This document shows positions 1 to 9,133 of a stretch of 61,233 nt of DNA, one piece after another. Below the pieces are notes generated by a model. That model was not told the DNA's origin. It made no database searches and saw only the letters and a list, made by a program, of their open reading frames with translations. Position 1 is the first letter of the stretch. Every line of letters begins with the position of its first letter. Both the position numbers and the translations under genes were made by a program. The DNA is from Opitutaceae bacterium (GTDB lineage: Bacteria; Verrucomicrobiota; Verrucomicrobiia; Opitutales; Opitutaceae): the NCBI GenBank assembly GCA_031411015.1, contig JANOAF010000636.1:1-61233 (forward strand), written 5' to 3'.

Positions 1-645
1 GCCAAGCGCATGCTCGAGAGCACGACGCAGATTCCCTACGTCTATCTCGACATCGAGCTGGATGCCGCCCCTCTCCTCGCCTTGCGCGAACAGCTGAACA
101 CCGGGTTGGAAAAGGAAGGCGTCAAACTCTCGGTCAACGACTTCATCCTCAAAGCCAGCGCCGAGGCTTTGCGCCGCGTGCCCGCCGTCAACTGTTCGTG
201 GGAAGGCACCCACATCCGCCACCACGGTGCGGCGCATGTCGCCTTTGCCGTCGCGATGGAAGACGGCCTCATCACGCCCGTTATCCGCGACGCGCATGTG
301 AAGAGCATTTTCCAGATTAGCACCGAGGCGAAGGCGCTCGGCAAAAAAGCCAAAGAGAAGAAATTGGTCCCCGCCGAATTTACCGGCGGCACGTTCTGCG
401 TCTCGAACCTCGGCATGATGGGCATCCCGAAGTTCACCGCGATCATCAACCCGCCCAACGCCGCGATCCTCGCGGTTGGCACCACGGTGACCAAGCCCGT
501 CGTGAAAAACGGCCAGATGGTCGTCGGACAGACGCTCACCGTCACGCTCTCGTGCGATCACCGCGTGTTCGACGGCGCCGTGGGCGCACACTACCTCGGC
601 GCGCTGAAGACCCTGCTTGAGAGCCCGGCGCTTTTGTTGGTGTAA
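1..645 (+). CDS. pdhC: Dihydrolipoamide acetyltransferase (2-oxoacid dehydrogenase E2), C-terminal catalytic domain; 5' end outside window
   Basis: Frame is open from base 1. Motifs GGTFCVSNLG, AIINPP and SCDHRVFDGA (catalytic DHR). Confidence 0.93.
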   Translation, partial: AKRMLESTTQIPYVYLDIELDAAPLLALREQLNTGLEKEGVKLSVNDFILKASAEALRRVPAVNCSWEGTHIRHHGAAHVAFAVAMEDGLITPVIRDAHVKSIFQISTEAKALGKKAKEKKLVPAEFTGGTFCVSNLGMMGIPKFTAIINPPNAAILAVGTTVTKPVVKNGQMVVGQTLTVTLSCDHRVFDGAVGAHYLGALKTLLESPALLLV

Positions 646-680
646 CCGGCTCGGCAACTTCACCCCGCGCGGTCAGCACC

Positions 681-2516
681 TCAGCGCTTCAGGCGGTAAA
701 TTTGGAAATAGTTGTCGCGATAAGCGACGACGTTGACCGGCGGATCGGGCTCCGCCGCACCCTCGCGCAGCCAGCCGAACAACTCGTAGCGGTCCTGCAT
801 CCACCCGAGGATGTCGGCACCCGCCCCCGAACGTTCGCCATATTTCGCGATGCCATACTCCCGCAGATCTCGTGGCAGAATCACGACGAAGTCGGGTGGC
901 GTGGTGTTGAGCTTCGCAACGAGCCGCGCCTCGTTGCCGTGTTCGGTCACCGCCGAATAAAAAAAGAAATGCGGCACCGGGCTCGGCATTCGCGCGAGGT
1001 AGTTCAGCATCAGTCCCTCCGGCAGCACCATGAGCGTGCTGCCGCGCGGCTGCTTTTCGAGCACGGCCGAGACCGCACTCAGCGGCTCACTGGGTTTGAA
1101 AGCGTAGAAGCGGTCAGCCCCGGTTCCCATCGGGGAGTTCACATATTCATAGGTATCTCGGCACTTCTGCCCAAGCAGGACGATGCCCGGCAGGAGCACC
1201 ATGAACGCGACGATACCGCCAAAGCGTCTGCTCGCGGGTGTCGCGCCACACCACACCGGAATTTCGTGCACCAGCAGTGCGACCACGACGACCCCGGCGA
1301 TCGCAGCCTGATAATACCCAAACTGGTAAATCTTCCCCGCCAAAATCATTCGCGCCAAGAGTGACGCCCCGAGCACGGCCCCGAGCAGCCGAAATGGCGG
1401 CGCCGAATCGCGCTCCGCTCGCTTCGACCGATGGCGCACCAGGCGGAAAACGCCAAGGGCGACATAGGCCAGCATGAGCCCCAGGAGGCAGCGCCCCGCC
1501 TCGATCCACCAAGTCCACGACAAGAACCAGGCACCCGCAATAAATCCGGCGACTAAAAACAGCGCCCCCGGCACGGCGGCTTTTGATTTTCCACGCTGAT
1601 CAAAAATCCAAATGGCGAGACCGACCCCACCGAAAAATACAACGGCTGTGCCGGTGGCCAGCGCGTGTTCCCGCAGGTGCAACCAGGGCGCGTCGAGCCC
1701 GGCGTATTTGAGTTGAGCGGGCTCGGCGATGTAGCGCGTGGTGCCGAGCACATTGAGCCAAGCCCGACCGGCAAACGACCACGACTCAGCGAAGGACACA
1801 TGGCGCGAAAAATAGGCGACAAATAGCGCCGTTGGCGCGGCGGTCGCGATTCCGATGGCGACGACCTCGGACAGCGCCAGACGCGTTCCGCGCCACGCCC
1901 GCCACGCGGCAGCCGCGCCCGTCATCGCCCCCGCCGCGAGCAGGATTTCCGGTTTCAAGACCAGGGTGAACCCAAGGAGCAAACCGACGATCGCGCTGAG
2001 CCACATGGCGGGACGGGTCACCCACGCCACCAAGGCGAGCGCGAGCAAAAGCAAAACGAGCATCCCATGCGTCGTCTCATGCGCGTAGGGCGTCGCGTAG
2101 TTGAAATTGCCGACGTAGAGGAACCGCGAAAATCCAAATACCGCGACGAACACCACGCCACCCGCCAGAGCCGCCCACGCGCCCCACGCCCGCCGCACGA
2201 GAAAATAGAGCAGCGTCACAATCGCGGCGAAGATGATGAGATTCGCCGTCACCAGCACCATCATCCCCGGCCCGAAAATCCGAAAGAGGATCGCGTTGAA
2301 ATATTGCGAAAGCGGGCCGTAGAAATCCTCCACGTCGCGGTAGAGCACCGCGCCCTCGGAGAGCCGCCACGGGATGTAGAGTTCGCGCCCGAAATCTACC
2401 AGCGGGTCTGGCCAACGCCGCCATGAAACCACGAGTTGCCACACACTGAGTCCCGCCAGTAAAGCCAAGTGCAGGGCCGGCTGAAACAGCCAACGCGCGA
2501 CCGCCCCCCTAGACAT
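681..2516 (-). CDS. Polytopic membrane protein, GT-C-fold (PMT/ArnT-like) glycosyltransferase candidate
   Basis: Many TM segments and an acidic first loop (DPLVDFGRELY...LYRD...YGPL). Start placed at ATG 2516, overlapping the upstream stop. Confidence 0.65.
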   Translation of the reverse strand: MSRGAVARWLFQPALHLALLAGLSVWQLVVSWRRWPDPLVDFGRELYIPWRLSEGAVLYRDVEDFYGPLSQYFNAILFRIFGPGMMVLVTANLIIFAAIVTLLYFLVRRAWGAWAALAGGVVFVAVFGFSRFLYVGNFNYATPYAHETTHGMLVLLLLALALVAWVTRPAMWLSAIVGLLLGFTLVLKPEILLAAGAMTGAAAAWRAWRGTRLALSEVVAIGIATAAPTALFVAYFSRHVSFAESWSFAGRAWLNVLGTTRYIAEPAQLKYAGLDAPWLHLREHALATGTAVVFFGGVGLAIWIFDQRGKSKAAVPGALFLVAGFIAGAWFLSWTWWIEAGRCLLGLMLAYVALGVFRLVRHRSKRAERDSAPPFRLLGAVLGASLLARMILAGKIYQFGYYQAAIAGVVVVALLVHEIPVWCGATPASRRFGGIVAFMVLLPGIVLLGQKCRDTYEYVNSPMGTGADRFYAFKPSEPLSAVSAVLEKQPRGSTLMVLPEGLMLNYLARMPSPVPHFFFYSAVTEHGNEARLVAKLNTTPPDFVVILPRDLREYGIAKYGERSGAGADILGWMQDRYELFGWLREGAAEPDPPVNVVAYRDNYFQIYRLKR

Positions 2517-3429
2517 ACAAATAAACGTAGGCGGCAAACGTGATGGCCACGACGCCGGCCAGCGAGGCGAGCGCCCAGAGGAGATTCCGCTGCCGCGCCG
2601 CGATGGCGAGGGTCGACACAATCACGCCGAGTTGCGCCACCAGCATTCCGTAGAAAAACTTCTGGCTGCGCCGGTGGTGGCGCTCGGCGGCGATGTTGCT
2701 GCGCCGCACCTGCAGTTCGTAGAGGCTCGCGATCACTTGGTTCGAGCGGGCCTCGGCGTCGTAGCGCCGGCCGTTGTAATGCAGCCGCGCCGCGATGAGA
2801 TCGCGCCGGAGCGCAGCGTCGGCGTCGGGCCGGTTCAACACCTGTTCCATCGAGTCAATCATCTGGCTGACGGGCTTTAATACCGCATCGATTCCAAGCA
2901 CATGATCCCGGGCATCGCGCATCGCCGCGTCGAGCACGTCGTCGGTAATCGGCTCCAGCAGGACGGCAATCTCGGGCTCAGGTCGCGCGGCCTCAAGCGC
3001 AGTGAGTGCGGCGCGCACCGTTGCGGCGGGCTCGGGCGCCGCTGCGGACTTGGGTAGGTTTCCGGTCGTAAGGGCGGTCAGTGCCTCCACCCCTGCAGGC
3101 GAGTCGAGTTTACCCGCTACGGGAGCGCTCGCGAGAGCGCGGACCAGCGCGTCACGCTCCAGCGAGCGTCGGCCGGCGGTGCTCACAATCACATCGAGCG
3201 TTGTTTGCTGCTGGGCGCTGCGCAGCTTCTTCGCCTGGAAAAAACTCCACTGGTCGCCCGCCTTGGACTGCATCTGCGCCGCATAAGAGCGATCGTATTG
3301 TGCGCGCGTCATCTCGCTGGAGGCGAGGCCGGCCAACATCGTCGCGATGACGGTTAGGACGACCGGTGTGGCGCCGAGAGTCTTGCCCCACTTGCTTTGC
3401 GGAAGGTCGGATTTCAGCGTTTCGGGCAC
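2509..3429 (-). CDS. DUF4337-like membrane protein with long helical insert
   Basis: N-terminal TM, then SKAGDQWSFFQAKKLR motif, then two C-terminal TMs. Start uncertain (GTG 3429; ORF open to 3480). Confidence 0.7.
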   Translation of the reverse strand: MPETLKSDLPQSKWGKTLGATPVVLTVIATMLAGLASSEMTRAQYDRSYAAQMQSKAGDQWSFFQAKKLRSAQQQTTLDVIVSTAGRRSLERDALVRALASAPVAGKLDSPAGVEALTALTTGNLPKSAAAPEPAATVRAALTALEAARPEPEIAVLLEPITDDVLDAAMRDARDHVLGIDAVLKPVSQMIDSMEQVLNRPDADAALRRDLIAARLHYNGRRYDAEARSNQVIASLYELQVRRSNIAAERHHRRSQKFFYGMLVAQLGVIVSTLAIAARQRNLLWALASLAGVVAITFAAYVYLYV

Positions 3430-3606
3430 AGTTGTTTTCAAGGGTATGTTGTCGCAATTGCGGGCGCGGTGTTCCCGCAAGTGTTTCGGCCGTCATCTTC
3501 CCGGCAAGAACGAAGGGATGCGATCGTCGCCTGCCCCGGTGAGGGCCAAAATATTTCCCGAATTCACGCTCTGTTTTGCCCGCGCCGCCTGCTATGGAAT
3601 TCAGCC

Positions 3607-3909
3607 ATGAAGAAAACCTTCTCACTTCAGGCCCCGGGCAAAGCCGATGCCCGCGTCCTCGACGCCATCAAACACGAGGTCCGCAAGTATGTGCGCCGCG
3701 AGCATCGGAAACCCCTGCCCGAAGGTTTCAACCGACTGGAATTCGACTGTAAGGTCGGCACCAGTCCGGCTGACGTCACCGTGGTGCCACTGCAGGATGT
3801 CTCCGCTGCGCTCGATACTGTCGCGCGCGGCGGAGGTTCGGTCGCCTATGTCGACATCGTCTCGCGGCCGGCGCAGCGGCACTCGGCGCGCGCGCTGTCC
3901 TCGAAGTGA
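3607..3909 (+). CDS. DUF6172-like small protein
   Basis: MKKTF...AIKHEVRKYVRREHRKPLPEG..FDCKVG pattern; ATG at 3607. Confidence 0.8.
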   Translation: MKKTFSLQAPGKADARVLDAIKHEVRKYVRREHRKPLPEGFNRLEFDCKVGTSPADVTVVPLQDVSAALDTVARGGGSVAYVDIVSRPAQRHSARALSSK

Positions 3910-4011
3910 GGCTTACTCGCGGCGAGCGGACCTCGACTCCGGTGGAATTGTGCCGGCAGGTTGGGCTGAATGCGCCGCCGTGAGATCCCACGAATCGTTT
4001 CTATCCTCCCC

Positions 4012-4965
4012 ATGAAAAATACCCTGCTCATCTCCCTCGTCGCGGCACTTTCTAGCCTCGCGTCGTCGTCCCGCGCGGCCGACACCCAAGCCGACCAGCC
4101 CGCGGAATTCGCCCGCTGCGTTCCATCCGGCTCGGTCGTAAACAAAATCGCGGGCGACATGGGTTTCATTGAAGGCCCCGTCTGGCTGAAGGGCACTCGC
4201 ACTCTGGTGTTCAGTGACATTCCGAACGACGAGCTCAAGCAGTGGACAGCCGCCGGTGGGGTTTCGACCTTTCGCAAGCCCAGCCAAAACGCCAACGGCA
4301 ACACGACCGATCTCACGGGGCGCATGCTCACCTGCGAACACACGGGCCGGCGCGTCGCGATATTGGAGAAAGACGGCAAGCTGCGCACGCTCGTCGACTC
4401 CTTTGAGGGGAAAAAACTCAACTCGCCGAACGATGTGATCGTGCGCTCCGACGGCACCGTTTGGTTCACCGATCCCGAGTATGGCCTGAAGACCAATCCG
4501 ACCACGAAGCAAAAGGAAGACAAACAGCAGGCCGGGAACTACGTTTTCCGCCACGATCCCAAAAGCGGTAAGATCACGGTGATCGCGAAGGATTTCGTGC
4601 AACCCAACGGCCTGGCGTTCTCGCCGGATGAGAAGAAACTCTACGTCGCCGACTCCGGCACGCCGAGGCACATTCGCATCTTCGACGTCGCCACTGACGG
4701 CACCGTCAGCGGCGGCTCCGTCTTCTGCACGATCGACAAGGGCGGCCCCGACGGCATCCGCGTCGATCGCGAGGGTCGCGTGTGGTCGAGCGCGGGCGAT
4801 GGCGTGCAAATCTTCGCGCCCAACGGCAGCCGCATCGGCCGCATCCTCGTGCCGGAATCGCCCGCCAACCTCTGCTTCGGTGGCGACGACGGCAAAACGC
4901 TCTTCATCACCGCCCGCAAATCGCTCTACGCCGTATCGGTCTCCGTCACGGGTGCTGGCCGTTGA
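4012..4965 (+). CDS. SMP-30/gluconolactonase family beta-propeller, secreted
   Basis: EGPVW, LNSPND, PNGLAFSPD and PDGIRVD motifs; N-terminal signal peptide. Confidence 0.93.
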   Translation: MKNTLLISLVAALSSLASSSRAADTQADQPAEFARCVPSGSVVNKIAGDMGFIEGPVWLKGTRTLVFSDIPNDELKQWTAAGGVSTFRKPSQNANGNTTDLTGRMLTCEHTGRRVAILEKDGKLRTLVDSFEGKKLNSPNDVIVRSDGTVWFTDPEYGLKTNPTTKQKEDKQQAGNYVFRHDPKSGKITVIAKDFVQPNGLAFSPDEKKLYVADSGTPRHIRIFDVATDGTVSGGSVFCTIDKGGPDGIRVDREGRVWSSAGDGVQIFAPNGSRIGRILVPESPANLCFGGDDGKTLFITARKSLYAVSVSVTGAGR

Positions 4966-5058
4966 GCGCAGCGCGCTTTGCGCTATTTCCGCCGTGCTCC
5001 GAAGTTCTGCGGCCGGGTCAGGCAACTACTCCGCCTCAGCCGGAACCATGCAGTGGGA

Positions 5059-5134
5059 GGTGGAGCGCGTTGACCTCAACACGCTGGTTTGCGAGCGGAG
5101 CCACTGAAGCGCCTTGAGGTCAAGGCGCTCCACC
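5059..5134. repeat. REP-like inverted doublet (REPIN-like)
   Basis: GGTGGAGCGCGTTGACCTCAACACGCT ... AGCGCCTTGAGGTCAAGGCGCTCCACC. The arms are near-perfect reverse complements and each is itself a hairpin behind a GTGG head. Confidence 0.75.
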
Positions 5135-5243
5135 GTCGGCGCGGTTTCTTCTGCGGGGGAAAATGTTTCGACTGCAACTACTCCGGCTCAGAATTAGCGG
5201 CGGTAGAAAATTTCGCGCTGCTCTCCAATATCCGTTTCCGCTG

Positions 5244-5630
5244 CTACCGATAGTAAACCGGTAGAAAAGTCGAGCGCCTGACGGTCTCGCTGCGCGGCTC
5301 GACCAACGGCAGCACGCGGAGGCGCGGCCGCCATTGCTGTTCGAATTTCCAAGTATTCTCCGCAATCGGCGCACCGCTCATGCTCGCCGCCGGCGCGGTC
5401 CAAGCCACGAGGCTGCCGTTGAGAAAAACCATCTCGGCGCGACCCTCGTAGATCGTGATTTCGAATCCGCGACCGCGGCTGCCGAGGATCTCGCGACCCA
5501 ACATGGAGACCGTTTCGGTTCGAGTCAGGCCAGGCTTCAAACTAGCCCAGCCCTCATCCTCTGCCGCCCAACCTGAGCCGGTGAGGAGGCAAACGAGAGC
5601 GGCGAGCCGCACTGAAACGAGGCGAACCAT
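5244..5630 (-). CDS. Small exported hypothetical protein (SmpA/OmlA-like beta-alpha unit)
   Basis: Signal peptide, then LKPGLTRTETVSMLG. Start uncertain. Confidence 0.6.
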   Translation of the reverse strand: MVRLVSVRLAALVCLLTGSGWAAEDEGWASLKPGLTRTETVSMLGREILGSRGRGFEITIYEGRAEMVFLNGSLVAWTAPAASMSGAPIAENTWKFEQQWRPRLRVLPLVEPRSETVRRSTFLPVYYR

Positions 5631-5713
5631 GCGGGCAATATCGTCCCAATCAGGGGATACTTTACCGCAAACACGCTGGGCAAACGCCCGTCGCATCCTC
5701 TAGCTCGCAGGTC

Positions 5714-7147
5714 ATGAACCCCTTCATGCGCGCCGCTTTCCCCCTGCTGCTCACCGCGCTCATCGCCGTGTGTCCAGCTCCGGCCGGTCTTGCGCCGCAG
5801 GCGTGGCTCTACTTCGCAGTGTTCGCGGGCGTCATCGCCGCGCTCATCACCGAGCCGCTCCCCGCCGCGGCGTGCGGGCTCGCGGGCATCGTTGTGCTCG
5901 CGGTGAGTGGACTGCCGTTCACCACGGCCCAGCGCGCAGCGGTGGGATTCAATCTACCCGCGGAATCCGCGCGGTGGGCCCTGGCCGGATTCTCCAACAG
6001 CACGGTATGGTTGATCTTCGGGGCGTTTGTTTTCGCGATGGGCTACGAGAAAACCGGTTTGGGCCGCCGCGTCGCTTTGCTGCTGGTGCGCCAACTCGGC
6101 GGCCGGACGCTTGGCCTCGGTTATGCCATCGCACTTTCCGATCTCGCGCTGGCACCTTTCACCCCGTCGAACTCGGCGCGCAGCGCCGGCATGATTTTCC
6201 CCATCGTGCGCAGCATCCCCGGCCTCTACGGATCTCATCCCGGTGAATCGGCGCGTCGCATCGGCAGTTACCTGATGTGGGTGGCGTTTGCGACGACGTG
6301 TGTGACGAGTTCCATGTTCGTCACCGCCCTCGCGCCCAACCTTCTCGCGCTCGATCTGATCAGGAAAGGTGCCGGGATTGAGGTGACTTGGACGCAGTGG
6401 TTCCTCGCCTTCCTGCCCATCGGCGGCCCGCTCTTTGTCGCGCTACCCGCGTTGATCTACGTGATCTATCGGCCCGAAGTTCGCCGGAGCAGCGATGTGC
6501 CCGCCTGGGCCGGAGCTGAGTTGAAAAAAGTGGGCCGCATCTCCCGCCCCGAGATCACGATGGCCGTGCTGGCTCTCCTCGCGCTGACCGGGTGGATTTT
6601 CGGAGCGCGCTGGATTGATGCCACCACCGTCTCACTCGCGGCCATCGCACTGATGTTGATTTGCCGCCTCGTGCACTGGGAGGAAATTCTCGCCAACAAG
6701 CCCGCGTGGAACGTCCTCGCGTGGTTCGCCACCCTCGTCGTCCTCGCCGACGGCCTGAACAAAGTTGGCTTCATTGGCTGGGTGGGAACACGCGTGGCCA
6801 CCGGCATGGCCGGTTCCCCACCGCTCACGGTGATGACCCTGCTCGTCGCGTTGTTTTTCGTCATCCACTATCTCTTCGCGAGTCTGACGGCGCACACGAC
6901 CGCCGTGCTGCCCGTCGTCCTCGCCGCTGGCATGGCGATTCCAGACCTGCCCGTGCAGCCGTTCGCCCTCATGCTGGCTTTCTCGCTCGGCCTGATGGGC
7001 GTGATCACGCCCTACGCGACCGGACCAGCCCCGGTTTATTTCGGCAGCGGGTTTATCGCGCGCAAAGATTTCTGGCGGCTCGGCCTGATCTTTGGCGCGA
7101 TCTTTCTCGGGACGTTACTCATGGTCGGCCGCCTGACCCTGCGCTGA
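5714..7147 (+). CDS. DASS family anion permease (CitT/TtdT-like di/tricarboxylate exchanger)
   Basis: KTGLGRR, PFTPSNSARSAG, TALAPN, HYLFASLTAHT and TPYATGP motifs; many TMs. Confidence 0.93.
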   Translation: MNPFMRAAFPLLLTALIAVCPAPAGLAPQAWLYFAVFAGVIAALITEPLPAAACGLAGIVVLAVSGLPFTTAQRAAVGFNLPAESARWALAGFSNSTVWLIFGAFVFAMGYEKTGLGRRVALLLVRQLGGRTLGLGYAIALSDLALAPFTPSNSARSAGMIFPIVRSIPGLYGSHPGESARRIGSYLMWVAFATTCVTSSMFVTALAPNLLALDLIRKGAGIEVTWTQWFLAFLPIGGPLFVALPALIYVIYRPEVRRSSDVPAWAGAELKKVGRISRPEITMAVLALLALTGWIFGARWIDATTVSLAAIALMLICRLVHWEEILANKPAWNVLAWFATLVVLADGLNKVGFIGWVGTRVATGMAGSPPLTVMTLLVALFFVIHYLFASLTAHTTAVLPVVLAAGMAIPDLPVQPFALMLAFSLGLMGVITPYATGPAPVYFGSGFIARKDFWRLGLIFGAIFLGTLLMVGRLTLR

Positions 7148-7149
7148 GG

Positions 7150-9099
7150 TCAGCCCTCGGCGCGCGCCTTGGCGTCGGCGTCGATCAGTTTGTTCAAGGC
7201 ATCGAGCGTGGCGCGAACCCGAGCCTTCACTGCCGGGAGTTCGGCCGCGCTCGCGACGCGTTCGTTGGCAAAAAGGTAGAATTTCATTTTTGGCTCCGTG
7301 CCGCTCCCGCGCGCGGCAAACGAATAGCCGTTTGCCAGCGTGACGAGGTAGAGATCCTGCGCCGGGATTTGCTCACCGTCAGCGTCGAAGATTTTTTCGC
7401 GCCCAAAATCCTGAAACTTCGCCACGCCCACATCCCCGAAGGCCCGGGGCGGATTTGTCCGATAGCTTTCGAGGATCTTCTTAATCTTCGCGCTGCCGCT
7501 CGCGCCCTCATAATAAATATTGATCACGCCCTCGAGGTAGAAGCCGTAGCGGAGATAAATCTCGTCGAGATACTCGGGCACAGTGAGCCCGCGGCTCTTC
7601 ACCCAGGCACAGAGCTCGGCGAACATCAGGCAGGCCGAGTTGCCGTCTTTGTCGCGCAGGTAGTCGTTGGGCAGGTAACCGTAACTCTCCTCGGTGCCGA
7701 AGACATAGAACGTGCTGTGCTGCTGGAGCAGCTTGGCGCGCTGCTCAAACGGCGTGGCTTCGTAATCGAAACCCGGGCCCATCGCCCGCACCAATTTGTC
7801 CTCGTAGCCGCGCATCTTGGCGGCGATCCATTTGAAACCGGTGAGCGTGTTGATGACTTTCACCCCGTGGCCGCGACCGATCGCGTCCTGCAGTTGGGTC
7901 GTGACGAACGTCTTCACGATCGCGGCCCGCGGGGAACCTTCGCGGGGAATCCAGCCGAGCTCCTTGTATTTCGCGAGGCGGTATTCGGCGAGCAGTGAGC
8001 CGATTTGATTTCCCGAGAGGAGTTCGAGTTTTCCCGCGCGGTTGCGCACCGCACAGCCCATGCGATCCGCGTCGGGATCGGTGGCGAGGACGACATCCGC
8101 GCCCTCACGCTCGGCCAGCGCGACGGCCCGCGCGAGTGCCTCGGCGTTTTCCGGATTGGGGGATTTGACCGTGGGAAACCGCGCGTCACCTGCGAGCTGC
8201 TCGGGCACGGGCATCACGTCGCAGCCGGCCTCTTTCAACAGCGGGAGCGAATGCACCGCACCCGTGCCGTGGATATTGGTGAAGACCACGCGGAGCTTTG
8301 TCTTCCGAAATACCGCGGGATCGAGCACGGCCTTGGCGGCCACGGCGAGATAGGCGGCATCGGCTTCGCGGCCGAGCGTCGTCACGCCATTGAGCTTGGG
8401 CACGAGAAATTTCCCGAGCTCGGCAAGCGGGACGGCGTTTACCTCGTCGACGATGCCTTTGTCGTGCGGCGGCACGACCTGCGCACCGTCGTCAAAGTAG
8501 GCCTTGAATCCATTGTCGTGCGGCGGATTGTGGCTCGCCGTGATCACGATGCCCGCGTGCGCCTTCAGCCAGCGCACGGAGTAACTCAATTGCGGCGTGG
8601 GCCGCGGGCCATCGAAGACAAAGGCCTCGCCCCCGAGCTGGGCCCACGTCGAAGCCGCCAGATCGGAAAAGTGGCGGGCGAAATGCCGCACATCATGCGC
8701 GATCACGAGGCGGGGCTTCAGCGTGGCATTATTTTGCGCGAGGAATTTCGCGGTGTAGCGGTGCAGGCCAATCACGGCGCGGATCAGCGTGAAGTCGTTC
8801 AGCATGTTACTGCCGATGGCTGCGTGCTCGGGCGAGCCGCTCGAGCTCAAGACCCCGGTCTCCGCGTGCGTCGCGACGACCCCGATGGTTCGGCCGCGCA
8901 TACCGCCGGTGCCGAACTCGAGATAACGATAGAAACGATCGTTCAGTTCGCCCCAAGCGCCTTGGGCCGCGAGTTCATCAATGCTCTGCGCGGCCCAGGC
9001 GGGAAATTTCGCGGCGAGAAACGCGCCAATATTTTCGGCGGCAGCAGGGAGCAAATGGCCGGCCTTCGCGGCGGCGGTGATGCGATCAAGGGTGGTCAT
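7150..9099 (-). CDS. pgm: Phosphoglucomutase/phosphomannomutase family phospho-sugar mutase
   Basis: FGTGGMRG, TASHNP (catalytic Ser), DPDADR, EESYG and RGSGTEPK motifs; start ATG 9099. Confidence 0.93.
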   Translation of the reverse strand: MTTLDRITAAAKAGHLLPAAAENIGAFLAAKFPAWAAQSIDELAAQGAWGELNDRFYRYLEFGTGGMRGRTIGVVATHAETGVLSSSGSPEHAAIGSNMLNDFTLIRAVIGLHRYTAKFLAQNNATLKPRLVIAHDVRHFARHFSDLAASTWAQLGGEAFVFDGPRPTPQLSYSVRWLKAHAGIVITASHNPPHDNGFKAYFDDGAQVVPPHDKGIVDEVNAVPLAELGKFLVPKLNGVTTLGREADAAYLAVAAKAVLDPAVFRKTKLRVVFTNIHGTGAVHSLPLLKEAGCDVMPVPEQLAGDARFPTVKSPNPENAEALARAVALAEREGADVVLATDPDADRMGCAVRNRAGKLELLSGNQIGSLLAEYRLAKYKELGWIPREGSPRAAIVKTFVTTQLQDAIGRGHGVKVINTLTGFKWIAAKMRGYEDKLVRAMGPGFDYEATPFEQRAKLLQQHSTFYVFGTEESYGYLPNDYLRDKDGNSACLMFAELCAWVKSRGLTVPEYLDEIYLRYGFYLEGVINIYYEGASGSAKIKKILESYRTNPPRAFGDVGVAKFQDFGREKIFDADGEQIPAQDLYLVTLANGYSFAARGSGTEPKMKFYLFANERVASAAELPAVKARVRATLDALNKLIDADAKARAEG

Positions 9100-9133
9100 T
9101 GAGTAGTGAAAGGGTCGGAGCGAAAGGAGTGAC

